DNA of 57,555 bases from Phycisphaeraceae bacterium (GCA_040905565.1 JBBDRF010000009.1:1-57555); one strand, 5' to 3'. Shown: positions 9,031-19,727, counted from the first letter of the stretch. Numbers and translations: made by a program. The notes: generated from the sequence alone by a model not told the origin.

Positions 9031-10302
9031 ATGGCCGCATTCGATCTCAGGAAGACACTGAAGCAAATCAGCCCAACACTTCGCAAGCAGTTGTTCTGTT
9101 CATCATGGCCGGACCTCGCAAAGCTCCCGTGGGATGAGATGACGAAGCCGACCCAGATCAGGCCCCTCTTCGACGCGTTACAGTCGCTTGAGTTGGGGCA
9201 GAAGCGGGACGTGCAGCGCCTGCTTAAGGCATTTCTCCGACTGAAAACGAACGGCGGACTGAAGGTCCTGATCGAGGAGATCGAGAGTCACGCCCCGGAC
9301 CAGATCGAGGTATGGGGTGAGCAGAAAAGCCGCATGGACAAGGTGGTGTGGACCTACCTGAATGTGTCCCAGGCGTTCGAGGAAGCGATGGTGTTTGCTC
9401 GCGCCGATGAGCTGTCTGTGACGCGCTACTGTCGAAAGTGGCCTGGTGTTCAGTGCTCTGAGTTCGAGTTCACGGAGGCAAGGCGTGCGGCGCTGCAGCA
9501 GGCGCTGATTGCCCACTACAAAGTCGAACTGCGTGGCGAGATCTGCGAAATCCACCACTACAGCCGTCTCAACGGGGCTGAGTATTTCTTCGCCTACCTG
9601 CCCGACTGGCCGGAAAACTTCATGGTCTTCAACCAATCCGGGGAACTAGCGCCGCTGGACGTGCCTACCGCGTTCACGCTCCTGTTCGTATACACACCGG
9701 CAACTGGTGTCCTGGAAACGATCGCCAGTGGCAGCCAGGGGGCGCAGATGAAACTTCGTCGCCTTTTCTACGATGCGGCATGTGGCATGAAGGTTGAGGA
9801 CGTTGATCCTGAACGCCCCACTTTCGAGCTTAACCACGTTCTTGATGATACATTTTCGCTTTCGCTGGATACATCCACACTGCCAGTGGAACGTGCCTTC
9901 GTTACGCGCCTGATGGTTTATCCAACCATCGAGGGCTTTCCGCTTGAAGGTATTCAATTGCGTTTCCGCTATGGCATGTCGTGGTCGGACGCACGGGAGC
10001 AACTGGACCGCGTGCTTTCAAGCCAAGGGCTCACACGCGACCAGGTGACCGTCGAAGAGCTCTTGATTCGCGTGCAATGCCGGGGAGATGGCGAGCGACG
10101 GGGGCGTGCCATCCCGATCCGTGTGACACCGCGTGCCTGTGACCTCAAGAGCCTCGACGATGATCAACTGCGCGTTATTGGCGAAAACTGTCTTAAAAAC
10201 TTGGGAATTGATCGTGACCGAGCCACAACAGTTCTTCTGGGCAGCAATGGAAACGGCGAAGCCAGTGCTCAGGCCAGAGGGATGGCGACGTCTAACGCCT
10301 GA
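9031..10302 (+). CDS. Hypothetical early protein
   Basis: 423-aa ORF with strong RBS (AAGGAGG); no motif recognised. Confidence 0.75.
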   Translation: MAAFDLRKTLKQISPTLRKQLFCSSWPDLAKLPWDEMTKPTQIRPLFDALQSLELGQKRDVQRLLKAFLRLKTNGGLKVLIEEIESHAPDQIEVWGEQKSRMDKVVWTYLNVSQAFEEAMVFARADELSVTRYCRKWPGVQCSEFEFTEARRAALQQALIAHYKVELRGEICEIHHYSRLNGAEYFFAYLPDWPENFMVFNQSGELAPLDVPTAFTLLFVYTPATGVLETIASGSQGAQMKLRRLFYDAACGMKVEDVDPERPTFELNHVLDDTFSLSLDTSTLPVERAFVTRLMVYPTIEGFPLEGIQLRFRYGMSWSDAREQLDRVLSSQGLTRDQVTVEELLIRVQCRGDGERRGRAIPIRVTPRACDLKSLDDDQLRVIGENCLKNLGIDRDRATTVLLGSNGNGEASAQARGMATSNA

Positions 10303-11173
10303 TCTCAAGGATGCGCTGCTCAAGCTAAAGTTTGTCGCACCCGACGGTGGGGCCGAACGCATTCGCTGTCCGGTCTGCCCCCGCGCCCACTACGAAAGCG
10401 TCATCACCCGACACACCCGCGCCGGCGTCCGCCACTTCATCCGCTGCCCAGTTGAGATGCGTGTCGAAGTGGATCTAAAGGCATGGCAGACCTGGCGAAT
10501 CAATGCCGCCGAAATCGCCACGACCGTCCGCGGGACCATGAATCTCTCCGGCACCCTGCGCAACCTCGAACCTGACAGGCTGTGGTCACTGGGGCGTACA
10601 CGCTGGCAGGGGCGATCACGAGAGGTGATGTTGGCCTGCGGTGTCGGCGCCATCAACGTCGATCCGGTGGTTCAGCGTATCGGGGCCGGCCACGCAATTG
10701 TCTTCGTACCCCACCGTATTCCCGAGTCACACGTGTGGCTAGGGCGAGTACCAGCGATCGTTCCGCTGTCACAGGTCACGACGATCGAGTCACACGGCTT
10801 GGCGTTAGACCGGCTGGGGATAGCAGCCATGGTTGATGAAGCGGATCGGGAGGCGCATATCGTCGGCGGACTGACGCTGACTGAGCGTGAGTTGAACTCG
10901 GTCATCCGCCGCCACGTCAAGGCCGCGAACAAGGACGAATTGACGGACGAGGCGCTCCTCGCCGTGTATCGCGTCTGCAAATCACTCAGGGCGACTGAGG
11001 ATGCCCTACGCAAGGAAGGCCATCAGATTGACCACTCCACCATCGCGCGAAGGGTCAAGAAGGCGGAGGAAGCTGAACAGTTGCGCGAGTCGCGTGACAG
11101 TAATTCCGTCAGTCGTCGTGTCGCGTCGCAACCACGCGACAGAGGCAAAAAAATGGATCAATTTTTCAAATAG
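10214..11173 (+). CDS. Hypothetical protein with putative Zn ribbon and C-terminal HTH
   Basis: CPVCPRAH...CP near the N-terminus and SLR......L......IDHSTIARR at the C-terminus; GTG start inferred. Confidence 0.65.
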   Translation: MTEPQQFFWAAMETAKPVLRPEGWRRLTPDLKDALLKLKFVAPDGGAERIRCPVCPRAHYESVITRHTRAGVRHFIRCPVEMRVEVDLKAWQTWRINAAEIATTVRGTMNLSGTLRNLEPDRLWSLGRTRWQGRSREVMLACGVGAINVDPVVQRIGAGHAIVFVPHRIPESHVWLGRVPAIVPLSQVTTIESHGLALDRLGIAAMVDEADREAHIVGGLTLTERELNSVIRRHVKAANKDELTDEALLAVYRVCKSLRATEDALRKEGHQIDHSTIARRVKKAEEAEQLRESRDSNSVSRRVASQPRDRGKKMDQFFK

Positions 11174-11390
11174 CGTGATATCAGCTATTTAGCCTCCCTT
11201 TTGGCGGCTGTTGCGGCCGCCACAATCTGCGACAACGCGACACCACGGGTTTCGGGCGAGGCCGGATCGGCTCATAACCGACCAGTCTCGACCGCACCTG
11301 TGAATCCACGCGACGTGGTGTCGCGGCACAGTCAACGATGTGCGTTCGGGCGACTGGCTCGGGAGCAGTATGACCGGCCTCGAGGGAATT

Positions 11391-11972
11391 ATGACCTCGA
11401 GCCACGAAATCGTTTCGAACGCGTACGCCCAATCCGTCATCCGCATCAAAGCTCACCAGTTGTGTCGGCGGGCCGACTTCAGCCGCTCGGATATGGAGGA
11501 TCTCCGCCAGGAGATGTGGCTGTATCTCGTGAAGGTGGCGCGTCTGTTCAATCCCGACCGCGCTTGCCTGGAGACCTTCATCGCCCGTGCGATCGACTCG
11601 TGCGTGGCGATCATTCTTCGTGATCGGCAGCGTGAGAAGCGCCGCGCGGGCCTTGATGCCACTTCGCTTGAGGGCACGCTCGCAGGCGGAGCCGAGGAGC
11701 GGGGGCCACTTTCGCGCCACCTTGTCCCAACGGACCAGAGCCGCCGCACGGGCAACGTGCCAGTGGATCCGGTTGAGCGCCTCGAAACAGTCGAAGCCGT
11801 GTCCGTGGCGATGGCGAAGCTGCCGCCGAAGGTGCGGTCGATTGCCAAGCGGCTCATGCACGCGAGTCCGACTGCCGTTGCGAAGGAGATGGGCATCTCG
11901 CGCCGGCAGGTCCGCAACGCCATCGATGAAATGGAGGGCGTATTCCGCGATGCCGGGCTCGGCAGGGACTGA
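11391..11972 (+). CDS. Phage-encoded ECF-like sigma-70 factor
   Basis: Region-2-like D.EDL.QE..L....FNPDR....TF and region-4-like LP.........S...VA..MGISR. Confidence 0.8.
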   Translation: MTSSHEIVSNAYAQSVIRIKAHQLCRRADFSRSDMEDLRQEMWLYLVKVARLFNPDRACLETFIARAIDSCVAIILRDRQREKRRAGLDATSLEGTLAGGAEERGPLSRHLVPTDQSRRTGNVPVDPVERLETVEAVSVAMAKLPPKVRSIAKRLMHASPTAVAKEMGISRRQVRNAIDEMEGVFRDAGLGRD

Positions 11973-11975
11973 GTC

Positions 11976-12005
11976 CGGACACCTGGCTCGCCACCGGCAT
12001 ACGTA
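11976..12005 (+). promoter_or_regulatory. Putative phage-sigma promoter, copy 1 (replication operon)
   Basis: CGGACACC-N11-CGGCATACGTA; same spacing as the copy at 28812. Confidence 0.65.
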
Positions 12006-12047
12006 ACCAGACAGCGGCATACCGCCGCGGCTTTGGAGGCACCTGGT

Positions 12048-12335
12048 ATGACCACTTCTGTGTACCGCTTTGAGTTCGATCGTGCGATCCCGCTGACTGA
12101 GGCGGAGGCGTCGCTGCAGTTGGCGACTTTCGCGGCTGAGGGATTGTTCAGCCAGGCGCGGATTCGCATGGAACTGTCCTACCACGTCGACGAGCCGCGG
12201 CGGGCGATCATCGCTGATGGGACGACCGCGGTCGGTAACACCGTGATCAAGATGTTCACGGCGCTGCTGATCCGCGAGTTCGGTGAACTGAGCTTCCAGG
12301 TGCGGCGCGTGACGCCGGTTGCTTCCGCGTCTTAG
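12048..12335 (+). CDS. Hypothetical phage protein
   Basis: GGAGG RBS; first ORF after the promoter motif. Confidence 0.7.
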   Translation: MTTSVYRFEFDRAIPLTEAEASLQLATFAAEGLFSQARIRMELSYHVDEPRRAIIADGTTAVGNTVIKMFTALLIREFGELSFQVRRVTPVASAS

Positions 12336-12397
12336 GACGCGCGATGAACAGCCGGCGTCGCGCGTTTTTTCTATGCCCATGAATGGCCCCACGACCA

Positions 12398-13428
12398 TGA
12401 GCCGCAACGTTCTTACTTATTCCGCGCTGAACACGTTCCGCAACTGCCCGCGGAAGTACAAGCTGCGCTACCTCGATCACCTGCGTCGGCCTGAGTCGCC
12501 GGAGGCGCTGGCGTTCGGGAGCGTCATCCACGGCGCGCTGGAACGCTGGTACGCGCCCGATGCTCAGGATGCCGTCACGCGGCGGTTCGAGGTGCTCGAG
12601 TACATCGACGCTCAGTTCCCGCACCGCCACGGCGACATTGAGCAGAAACACCGCTGGCACGTGGCCCGGGCGATGTTCGAGGCCTACGCCGTCCGCTACG
12701 CCACCGAGCCGTTCGAGGTTGTTGAGGTCGAGAAGGAGTTCACAGCCGAGATCCGGAACCCGGATACCGGCCGAGCTAGCCAGACGTTCGTGATCGCCGG
12801 CAAGGCTGACGGCATCGTGCGTCTCGATGGCGAGTTGTACCTGTTTGAGCACAAAACAGCCTCGAGCCTCAGCGGCGACTACCTCGACAAGCTGTGGACC
12901 GACACGCAGATCGCGCTCTACTGCCATTACCTGCGTGAGCTGGGGTACCCGATCGTCGGTGTGGTCTACAACGTGCTGCTCAAGTCACGCCTGAAGCAGC
13001 GTGCCGGCGAGAGTGAGCAGGAGTTCCAGGCCCGCCGTGCGGCGCTGGCGGCGAAGAACAAGTCCGGCCGCTCCACCGCCAAACGTCAGGAGCCCGAATC
13101 CGACGAAGCCTTCCGTGCCCGCCTGGCGGAATGGTACGCCCGGCCGGAGGCGTTCCACCGCGAGCGCATCTACCTCTCGGAAGATCGCATGGCGCTGCTG
13201 ACCGAGGAGGTCTGGGAGATCACCCAGCAGTACCTGCACGCGAAACGCCGCGGCAAGTGGCTGCTGAACACATCACAGTGCTTCAGCTTCCAGCGGCCGT
13301 GCGACTACCTGCCCTACTGCCAGTCCGGCTTCAACGCCAACGTGCGTGACAACCTCTTCAAGGTGGTGCGGCCCCACGAGGAACTCGTCGAGCTGAGCAC
13401 CGGCGCGAGCCCGGACAGCGATTTTTGA
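12398..13428 (+). CDS. PD-(D/E)XK exonuclease, Cas4/AddB-like with putative Fe-S ligands
   Basis: S.L..F..CPR, G...H..LE, G.ADG....EHKT, Q...Y, and C-terminal C......CDY...C. Confidence 0.85.
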
Positions 13429-13452
13429 ATCCGACGAAGGAGCGCTCTTTCC

Positions 13453-14187
13453 ATGACTGTGACATTGCCCACGACGCCCACCACACCCACGGCGGACCTG
13501 TCGACGAAGACGACGCTGATCTACGGCCCGCCCAAGATCGGCAAGTCAACGTTCGCCAGTCGGTTCCCAAGCGCGCTGTTCTTCGAATGCGAGCCGGGCC
13601 TCAACGAGCTGTCGGTCTATAAGGTGCCCACCTACACGTGGACCGACTTGCTCGCTGCCTGCAAGCTCGTCGCCGCCGGCGATCACAATTTCAAGACCAT
13701 CGTCATCGACACCGCGGACAACGCGTTCAAGCTCTGCTCCGAGCACGTCTGCGCCAAGCACGACGTGGAGTACGAGGGCGACCTCGGCCACGGCAAGGGG
13801 TGGGCGTTTGTAAAAAACGAATGGCACCGCGTGCTCACCCGCCTGGCCAGCCTGCCCTACGGCCTGGTGTTGATCAGCCACGCCGTCGACAAGCGGATCG
13901 AGACGCGCACCGGCGAGTACACCAAGACGCAGCCGAGCCTGCCCGACCGGGCGCGTCAGATCGTGCTCGGCCTGGTCGACATGATCCTGTGCTGCGACAC
14001 CGTGTCGTGGAAGGACGAGAAGGGCCAGCTGATCGTCGAGCGCATCATCCGCACCAAGCCCCATCCCACCTACGAAGCCGGCGACCGCACCGGGCGGCTG
14101 CCGGACACCCTCCCGCTGAACTTCGACAAGTTCGCCGGCTGCTTCGGTGAGCCCGGCGACCACACGAGCACCTCGAGTCAGGAGTGA
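13453..14187 (+). CDS. Sak4-like AAA ATPase (phage annealase)
   Basis: LIYGPPKIGKST Walker A, TIVIDT Walker B, LISH; lies between exonuclease and SSB-like genes. Confidence 0.82.
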   Translation: MTVTLPTTPTTPTADLSTKTTLIYGPPKIGKSTFASRFPSALFFECEPGLNELSVYKVPTYTWTDLLAACKLVAAGDHNFKTIVIDTADNAFKLCSEHVCAKHDVEYEGDLGHGKGWAFVKNEWHRVLTRLASLPYGLVLISHAVDKRIETRTGEYTKTQPSLPDRARQIVLGLVDMILCCDTVSWKDEKGQLIVERIIRTKPHPTYEAGDRTGRLPDTLPLNFDKFAGCFGEPGDHTSTSSQE

Positions 14188-14192
14188 ACATC

Positions 14193-14711
14193 ATGTCCAC
14201 GACTTCCAGCAACACACCCGATGGATTCGACCCGCGCCAGAACGGCACCGCTTTCGATGCCGGCGGGGATGCCGTCCCCGATGCGGCACCGGTGACCGAC
14301 CTCAGCGCGTTCGATGATGACTACGAGCAGACGGACGCGGCGGAGTTTCAGGATGTGCCGGACGGCAAGTACCAGGTGCGCGTGCACTCGGTAAAGCTCG
14401 CCGAGAGCCAGAAGGGCGACCCTATGCTCAAGTGGGATCTGGTGGTGATCTCGGGCCAGCACTCAGGACGGCATATCTTCAAGAACGCGGTAATCACGCA
14501 GGCGTCGCTGCCGTTCGTGAAGGGCGACCTGCAGACGCTGGGCCTGAAGCTGCCGAAGTTCAGCGAACTGCCGAAACATCTCGACACGCTGCTCGATCAG
14601 TCGCTGGAGGTAACCAAGCGCACCAAGGGCGAGTTCTCGAACGTGTACTTCAACCGCCGCCTCGAGGTGCTCGAATCCGATGCGCTGAGCGACGAGCCCA
14701 TTCCCTTCTAA
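14193..14711 (+). CDS. DUF669-like ssDNA-binding protein
   Basis: VPDG.Y.V.V......S.KG.PML.W pattern and acidic tail ending DEPIPF. Confidence 0.78.
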   Translation: MSTTSSNTPDGFDPRQNGTAFDAGGDAVPDAAPVTDLSAFDDDYEQTDAAEFQDVPDGKYQVRVHSVKLAESQKGDPMLKWDLVVISGQHSGRHIFKNAVITQASLPFVKGDLQTLGLKLPKFSELPKHLDTLLDQSLEVTKRTKGEFSNVYFNRRLEVLESDALSDEPIPF

Positions 14712-14727
14712 GCAGAACAGTCGTGGG

Positions 14728-14783
14728 ACCGGGGCGGGTTCAGGGGGCGTTCTTTCACGCCCTTCGGTCCCGTCCCGGTTTTT
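14728..14783 (+). terminator. Long nested stem-loop with T-tract (terminator or processing site)
   Basis: Outer ACCGGGGCGGG/CCCGTCCCGGT and inner GGGCGT/ACGCCC arms, followed by Ts. Confidence 0.45.
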
Positions 14784-14843
14784 CCGCCCCCCCGTTCTCG
14801 CATCACATGCTTGCGGACCTGCCTCGACTTCTGGAACGACACT

Positions 14844-15305
14844 ATGGATTTCGAGATCGTCATCGACACGCGTGAGCAGCAGCCGTACACATTCAGCTGC
14901 TCGACGCAGCGCCGCAAGCTCGAAGCGGGCGATTATTCCGTCGCCGGCGGCGAGCACTGCATCGCTGTGGAGCGGAAGAGCCTGTCCGACTTCGTGCACA
15001 CCGTCATTCATGACGCCGATCGCTTCCGAGCAGAACTGGAGAAGCTCTCGCGGCTGACCCTGGCGTGCATTGTGGTCGAGGCCGACCTTGATGCCGTGCT
15101 GCGGGGGCTGCGTCAGGCGGACTTGCGGCTGGTGACGCCGAACGCCGTGCTGGGTGCGGCCCTGCACATCGCGGTGCGCTATCAGGTGCCCGTCTACTGG
15201 TGCGGCAGCCGCCAGGCCGCGTGCGCGTTCACCGATGGCTTTCTGCGCATGGCCGTGCGTGAGGGCGTGGTGCCGCTCTCCGGCAAGGAGCCAATCCATG
15301 CCTGA
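14844..15305 (+). CDS. ERCC4/XPF-domain nuclease
   Basis: IVIDTREQ..GDY..VERKS..D motif. Confidence 0.88.
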   Translation: MDFEIVIDTREQQPYTFSCSTQRRKLEAGDYSVAGGEHCIAVERKSLSDFVHTVIHDADRFRAELEKLSRLTLACIVVEADLDAVLRGLRQADLRLVTPNAVLGAALHIAVRYQVPVYWCGSRQAACAFTDGFLRMAVREGVVPLSGKEPIHA

Positions 15306-17418
15306 AACCATTCACGGCACTGTTTTGAAGACCTACTACAGCGACGCGAGCTTCTCCGCCGGCATGATGCAGGCTGACGATGGTCGGCGTGTGCGCTTCC
15401 GCGGCCGGTTCTACGCAGCGGAGGGTGATCGACTGGCTGCTGTCGGTAAGTGGACCGTTGACCCAAAGTACGGCCACCAGTTCGACGTGCGGGAACTGGA
15501 TTACGACCTGCCTCAGACCCGCGAGGGGCTCAAGCTCTACCTCATCAAGCACCCGGCGTTCACGGGCATCGGCGAGAAAACCGCTGAGCGCATCGCCGGC
15601 GCTGTCGGCGACGGTCAGTCGCTGGACGCCATCGTCCGTCATCGTCCGGAACAGCTGGTCGCGGCCGGCGTGCCAGAGCGCGTCGTGCAGACGCTCAAGC
15701 AAGCGTGGGTGGAACACGCCGATGAGAACGCGGTGCGCACATACCTGGCCGGATTCGGCCTGACGCACCATCAGATGAGCACGCTGCTGGAGAAGTTCGG
15801 CAGCAGCATCGTGTCGATGCTCAAGCACGATCCCTACCTGCTGATCAAGCACCTGAACGGCTACGGATTCAAGAAGGTCGATCAGATCGCACTGAAGACC
15901 GGCGTGGCGAAAGACCACCCGGGGCGGATCGAAGCGGCACTGGCGCATTGCCTTGCCGAGCAGGTCGGCAGCGGCCATACGTGGACCAGCGGCGGCGACC
16001 TGGTCGAGCTGGCCAACGACGTGCTGGTGATGGACGCACTGGACAGCCGCGACCGCATCCGCCAGGCGGGCGATCGCATGCTGGAGCGTGGTAATCTCGT
16101 GGCCGACGGGCATGCCGTGGCGACACCCGGGCTATATGAAGCCGAGAACCACGTCCGTCGCACGCTGACCGAACATGCATGGCAGTCGCCCGCTTCGCAG
16201 GTTCCCCAGCCCGATAGCTCGGGCCTTAACGCGGATCAGGCCGAAGCGTTTCAGACGGCGCTGACCAGCCGCATCTCCGTGATCTCCGGTGGCGCGGGTA
16301 CCGGCAAGACATACGTCGTCGCTCGCCTGGCTCGCGCCTTCGAAGGAGCCGGTCTCGCCGTCCGGCTGTGTGCGCCCACTGGCAAGGCGGCCAAGCGGAT
16401 TGAGCAGCTTCTGGCCCAGCACGAGATCAGTCTCAGCGCCGCCACCATTCACCGCATGCTCGGCTACAACGGCCATGCCTTCGACGACGACTGCATCGCG
16501 GCCGACGTCGTGATCGTCGACGAGGTGTCCATGGTCGACGTGCGCCTCATGGCCGTGCTGCTGGAGCGGATCGACTTCGAATCGACGCAGCTCGTGCTGG
16601 TTGGTGATCACAACCAGTTGCCACCGGTCGGGCCGGGCAACGTCTTGCGTGATGTCATTGAGCATAACCTCACCCCGACCACGGTGCTCAGCAAGGTGGT
16701 TCGGCAGGCCGGTGTTCTCAAGGCCAGCAGTGTGCAGGTGCTTGAGAGCAAGGTTCCCGCCACCGGCACCGATGAGATCTCCCGCTGGGTCGTAATCGAT
16801 CAGTTCCGCGACGCACCCACAATTCAGAACTACCTCCGCGACCTCATTATCGAGCAGATCCCCAGCCGCTACGGCTTCGATCCGGTGCGGGATGTTCAGA
16901 TCATCACGCCCGAGCACCGCGGCCCGCTGGGTACGCGGGCGCTGAACCAGATGATGCAGGCCGTACTGCAGCGGCGGCAGGCTGACACCGAAGGCCGCCT
17001 TACCATCGGCGACAAGGTCATCCAGACGCGCAACGACTACGACCTGAACGTGATGAACGGCACGATCGGTTTCGTCAGCGGGATCACGAAGAAGCACCTC
17101 GTGGTCGAGTTTGAGGGGCGCGGAGCAGTGGAGGTGGACTGGGGCAAAGCCAAGTCCGTTGATCTCGCCTACGCCCTCACCGCGCACAAGGCTCAGGGGA
17201 GCGAGTTCCCCTGCACTGTGGTGCTCTGCCACAAATCGCATTTCTTTGCCGACCGCAACTGGCTCTACACCGCCGTGACGCGGGCATCGCACACCTGCAT
17301 CCTCGTCGGCGATCAGTATGGTCTGCGCCGGGCGGCGGGCGCGGTGCGTAATCTCAACCGGCGCACGCTGCTGAGCCTGTGGGCATCGCGTGAGCGGCAG
17401 GAGGAGGTCGCGGCGTGA
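15298..17418 (+). CDS. RecD2-like SF1B helicase
   Basis: GIG.KTA HhH, GGAGTGKT, APTGKAA, VDEVSM, GD.NQLPPVGPG, AYA.T.HKAQGSE, YTAVTRA. Confidence 0.92.
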   Translation: MPETIHGTVLKTYYSDASFSAGMMQADDGRRVRFRGRFYAAEGDRLAAVGKWTVDPKYGHQFDVRELDYDLPQTREGLKLYLIKHPAFTGIGEKTAERIAGAVGDGQSLDAIVRHRPEQLVAAGVPERVVQTLKQAWVEHADENAVRTYLAGFGLTHHQMSTLLEKFGSSIVSMLKHDPYLLIKHLNGYGFKKVDQIALKTGVAKDHPGRIEAALAHCLAEQVGSGHTWTSGGDLVELANDVLVMDALDSRDRIRQAGDRMLERGNLVADGHAVATPGLYEAENHVRRTLTEHAWQSPASQVPQPDSSGLNADQAEAFQTALTSRISVISGGAGTGKTYVVARLARAFEGAGLAVRLCAPTGKAAKRIEQLLAQHEISLSAATIHRMLGYNGHAFDDDCIAADVVIVDEVSMVDVRLMAVLLERIDFESTQLVLVGDHNQLPPVGPGNVLRDVIEHNLTPTTVLSKVVRQAGVLKASSVQVLESKVPATGTDEISRWVVIDQFRDAPTIQNYLRDLIIEQIPSRYGFDPVRDVQIITPEHRGPLGTRALNQMMQAVLQRRQADTEGRLTIGDKVIQTRNDYDLNVMNGTIGFVSGITKKHLVVEFEGRGAVEVDWGKAKSVDLAYALTAHKAQGSEFPCTVVLCHKSHFFADRNWLYTAVTRASHTCILVGDQYGLRRAAGAVRNLNRRTLLSLWASRERQEEVAA

Positions 17419-19727
17419 CGGCGATCACCTCGACCACGGATCACACCAATTTGGATCGGTTCCAGTTGCTCGATTGGCTGCTGCCCAACTGTGAGCCCGA
17501 TCGCGTGGCCCTCCTGTACCCCAAGGGCAAGGGCGGCCAGTTCTCACCTGGCTGGGTGATGGACCGCGCCGATGCCGAGCGTGCGATCGCCGCCTACCGG
17601 GCCGGAACGCTTGAGAACGAATCGTTCACGTCCGTAACCAAACGCGGCGCCCGGTATCGCATCGCCGGGGCCAAACGCCTCGGTCTGGTACCGCATCGCA
17701 ACGGGCGGGTGCTGGTGTTTTGCGTGGATCTCGATGATCACGGCGGCGATGGAGGCACTGTCCCGCTGGCCGACGCCATCGCCCGCTTCTTCGGAGCTCA
17801 CCCCCTCACCTTCACCTCAAAGAGCGGCCGCGGGCTGCACGGCTTCTTCCGCCTGGCCGAGCCCATGGACGCCAAGGCGTTTGTGCACTGGGCGCGGGCG
17901 TGGGGCTTCAACCGCCAGGACGAACCTGAGCTGTTCCCCAAGACGGTGAAGAATACCCAGGCGTGGCTGCCGAACGAGCCCAACGACGCCGGCGGCGACA
18001 AGCACGTCAGCGGCTCCTACGAATCGTGCCTGGTCCGAAAGCTCCCCGAACCGCCGTCGGCGAAGCTCAGCAGCGCCACGCTGAACTTCCTGCGCGGCTT
18101 CGTGCGTCAGCCCGGTCGCAACATCGCGTTGAACAAGGCTGCCTACGAACTCGGCCAGAAGCGTGTGCCGCGCAGCGAGGCCATGCGACTATGCCTGCAC
18201 GGTGCCCGGCTGTGCGGCCTTCAGCATGACGAGCCCGATCAGACGCAGACCACCTTCGAGAGCGGCTATGACGCGGGGGCGCAGGCCGCTCCGCCTGAGG
18301 AGTCGTCGGCTTTACATGAGCCCGAACCGACCATCGCCTTCCGCCGGCTGGATGGCATCGGCAACGGCGAGCGTTTCATCGACCACCACGGCAAGCGGGT
18401 CCGCTACAGCGATGAACTGGACCGCTGGCTCGTGTGGACCGGCAAACGCTGGTCGATGGAGAGCCAGGTGACCGTCGAGGCCATGGGCAAACGCACGGCC
18501 CGGCTGATCCTGCGGGAGATGGAACGGGCGATGGAGCAGGCGGAACAGAGCGGTCAGCCTTCTGAAGAGATCGAGGCCCTCGAGAAAAGCTACCGCAGGC
18601 ACTACCTCTCCACTGCGCGGGTCAGCGGCGTGCGGGACATGCTCAAGATGGCCCAGTCCGAACCCGGCGTGAAGGTCGCCATCCGCCAGATCGATGCCCA
18701 GCCGATGCTGCTGAACGTCGCCAACGGCACGATCGATCTGGCCAAGGGCACACTGCAGCCGCACCGGCGCACGGACGGGCTGACGAAGATGGCACCGGTG
18801 GCGTTCGAACCGCGGGCGCCGTGTCCGCGGTGGGACGCGTTCCTGCGCCGCATCTTCGAGCGTGATCATGAACTGATCGCTTACATCCAAAAGGCGGTTG
18901 GCTACTCGCTGACCGGCGACGTCGGCGAGCAGTGCCTGTTCTTCCTCTACGGCACCGGACAGAACGGCAAGTCGGTGTTCATCCAGACGCTGCTGCACAT
19001 GCTGGGCGAGTTCGGCCAGAAGGCTCCCACCGAGATGCTCATGAAGCAGGATCGCACCTCCGGCGGTGGCGCGACGCCCGACATGGCCCGCCTGCGCGGT
19101 GTGCGTATGGCGGTGACGGCGGAGCTGGAGGAGAACCAGCGGATGGGCGAAGCCCGCGTGAAGGACCTCACCGGCGCCGATCGCATCGTGGCGCGGCCGC
19201 TGTATCGCGACCCGATCGAGTTCGACCCCACGCACAAGCTCTGGATCTACGGCAACCACAAGCCCACGATCCGCGGCACCGACGATGGGATCTGGCGACG
19301 CATTCGGCTGATCCCTTTCACCGTCACGATCCCCGCCCACGAGAAGGACCCGCAGCTCACATCAAAGCTGCTGCTCGAACGCAGCGGCATTCTGCGATGG
19401 GCCGTCGAAGGCTGTCTCGCATGGCAACGTGATGGCTTGGGCCTGCCCGCGGCCGTGGCGAGCGCGACCGACGCCTACCGCAACGAAAGTGATCGCCTGG
19501 CTGCCTTCCTTGATGAGTGCTGCATCGTGGAGCAGTACGCCCGCGCAGGGAAGACCGAACTCTACGCCGGCTACGAACAGTGGTGCAGGGAGTCGGGCGA
19601 GTACGCGCTCAGCAAGAAGAAGCTTGGCCAGCAGCTCATCGAGCGCGGGTTCAAGGAGGGGCGCAACAAGAGGGAGCGCTACTGGATCGGGCTCGGATTG
19701 GCGGATGGAGGGGTCGGTTATGCCTGA
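17415..19727 (+). CDS. P4-family primase-SF3 helicase (D5-like) with C-terminal winged helix
   Basis: N-terminal DLD.H and SKSG.G.H primase-like motifs; G.G.NGKS Walker A; K.LTG.D...AR; N..P......GIWRR. Confidence 0.92.
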   Translation: MTAITSTTDHTNLDRFQLLDWLLPNCEPDRVALLYPKGKGGQFSPGWVMDRADAERAIAAYRAGTLENESFTSVTKRGARYRIAGAKRLGLVPHRNGRVLVFCVDLDDHGGDGGTVPLADAIARFFGAHPLTFTSKSGRGLHGFFRLAEPMDAKAFVHWARAWGFNRQDEPELFPKTVKNTQAWLPNEPNDAGGDKHVSGSYESCLVRKLPEPPSAKLSSATLNFLRGFVRQPGRNIALNKAAYELGQKRVPRSEAMRLCLHGARLCGLQHDEPDQTQTTFESGYDAGAQAAPPEESSALHEPEPTIAFRRLDGIGNGERFIDHHGKRVRYSDELDRWLVWTGKRWSMESQVTVEAMGKRTARLILREMERAMEQAEQSGQPSEEIEALEKSYRRHYLSTARVSGVRDMLKMAQSEPGVKVAIRQIDAQPMLLNVANGTIDLAKGTLQPHRRTDGLTKMAPVAFEPRAPCPRWDAFLRRIFERDHELIAYIQKAVGYSLTGDVGEQCLFFLYGTGQNGKSVFIQTLLHMLGEFGQKAPTEMLMKQDRTSGGGATPDMARLRGVRMAVTAELEENQRMGEARVKDLTGADRIVARPLYRDPIEFDPTHKLWIYGNHKPTIRGTDDGIWRRIRLIPFTVTIPAHEKDPQLTSKLLLERSGILRWAVEGCLAWQRDGLGLPAAVASATDAYRNESDRLAAFLDECCIVEQYARAGKTELYAGYEQWCRESGEYALSKKKLGQQLIERGFKEGRNKRERYWIGLGLADGGVGYA

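Noticed and set aside
11181..12407. 408-aa minus-strand ORF (likewise 16132-17292, 29630-30868, 31386-32774, 53903-54937)
   Set aside because: Shadow ORFs opposite well-supported genes; expected in GC-rich DNA and without motifs.
12398..13428. CRISPR-Cas locus suggested by the Cas4-like gene
   Set aside because: No repeat-spacer array or other cas genes; the context is a phage recombination operon.
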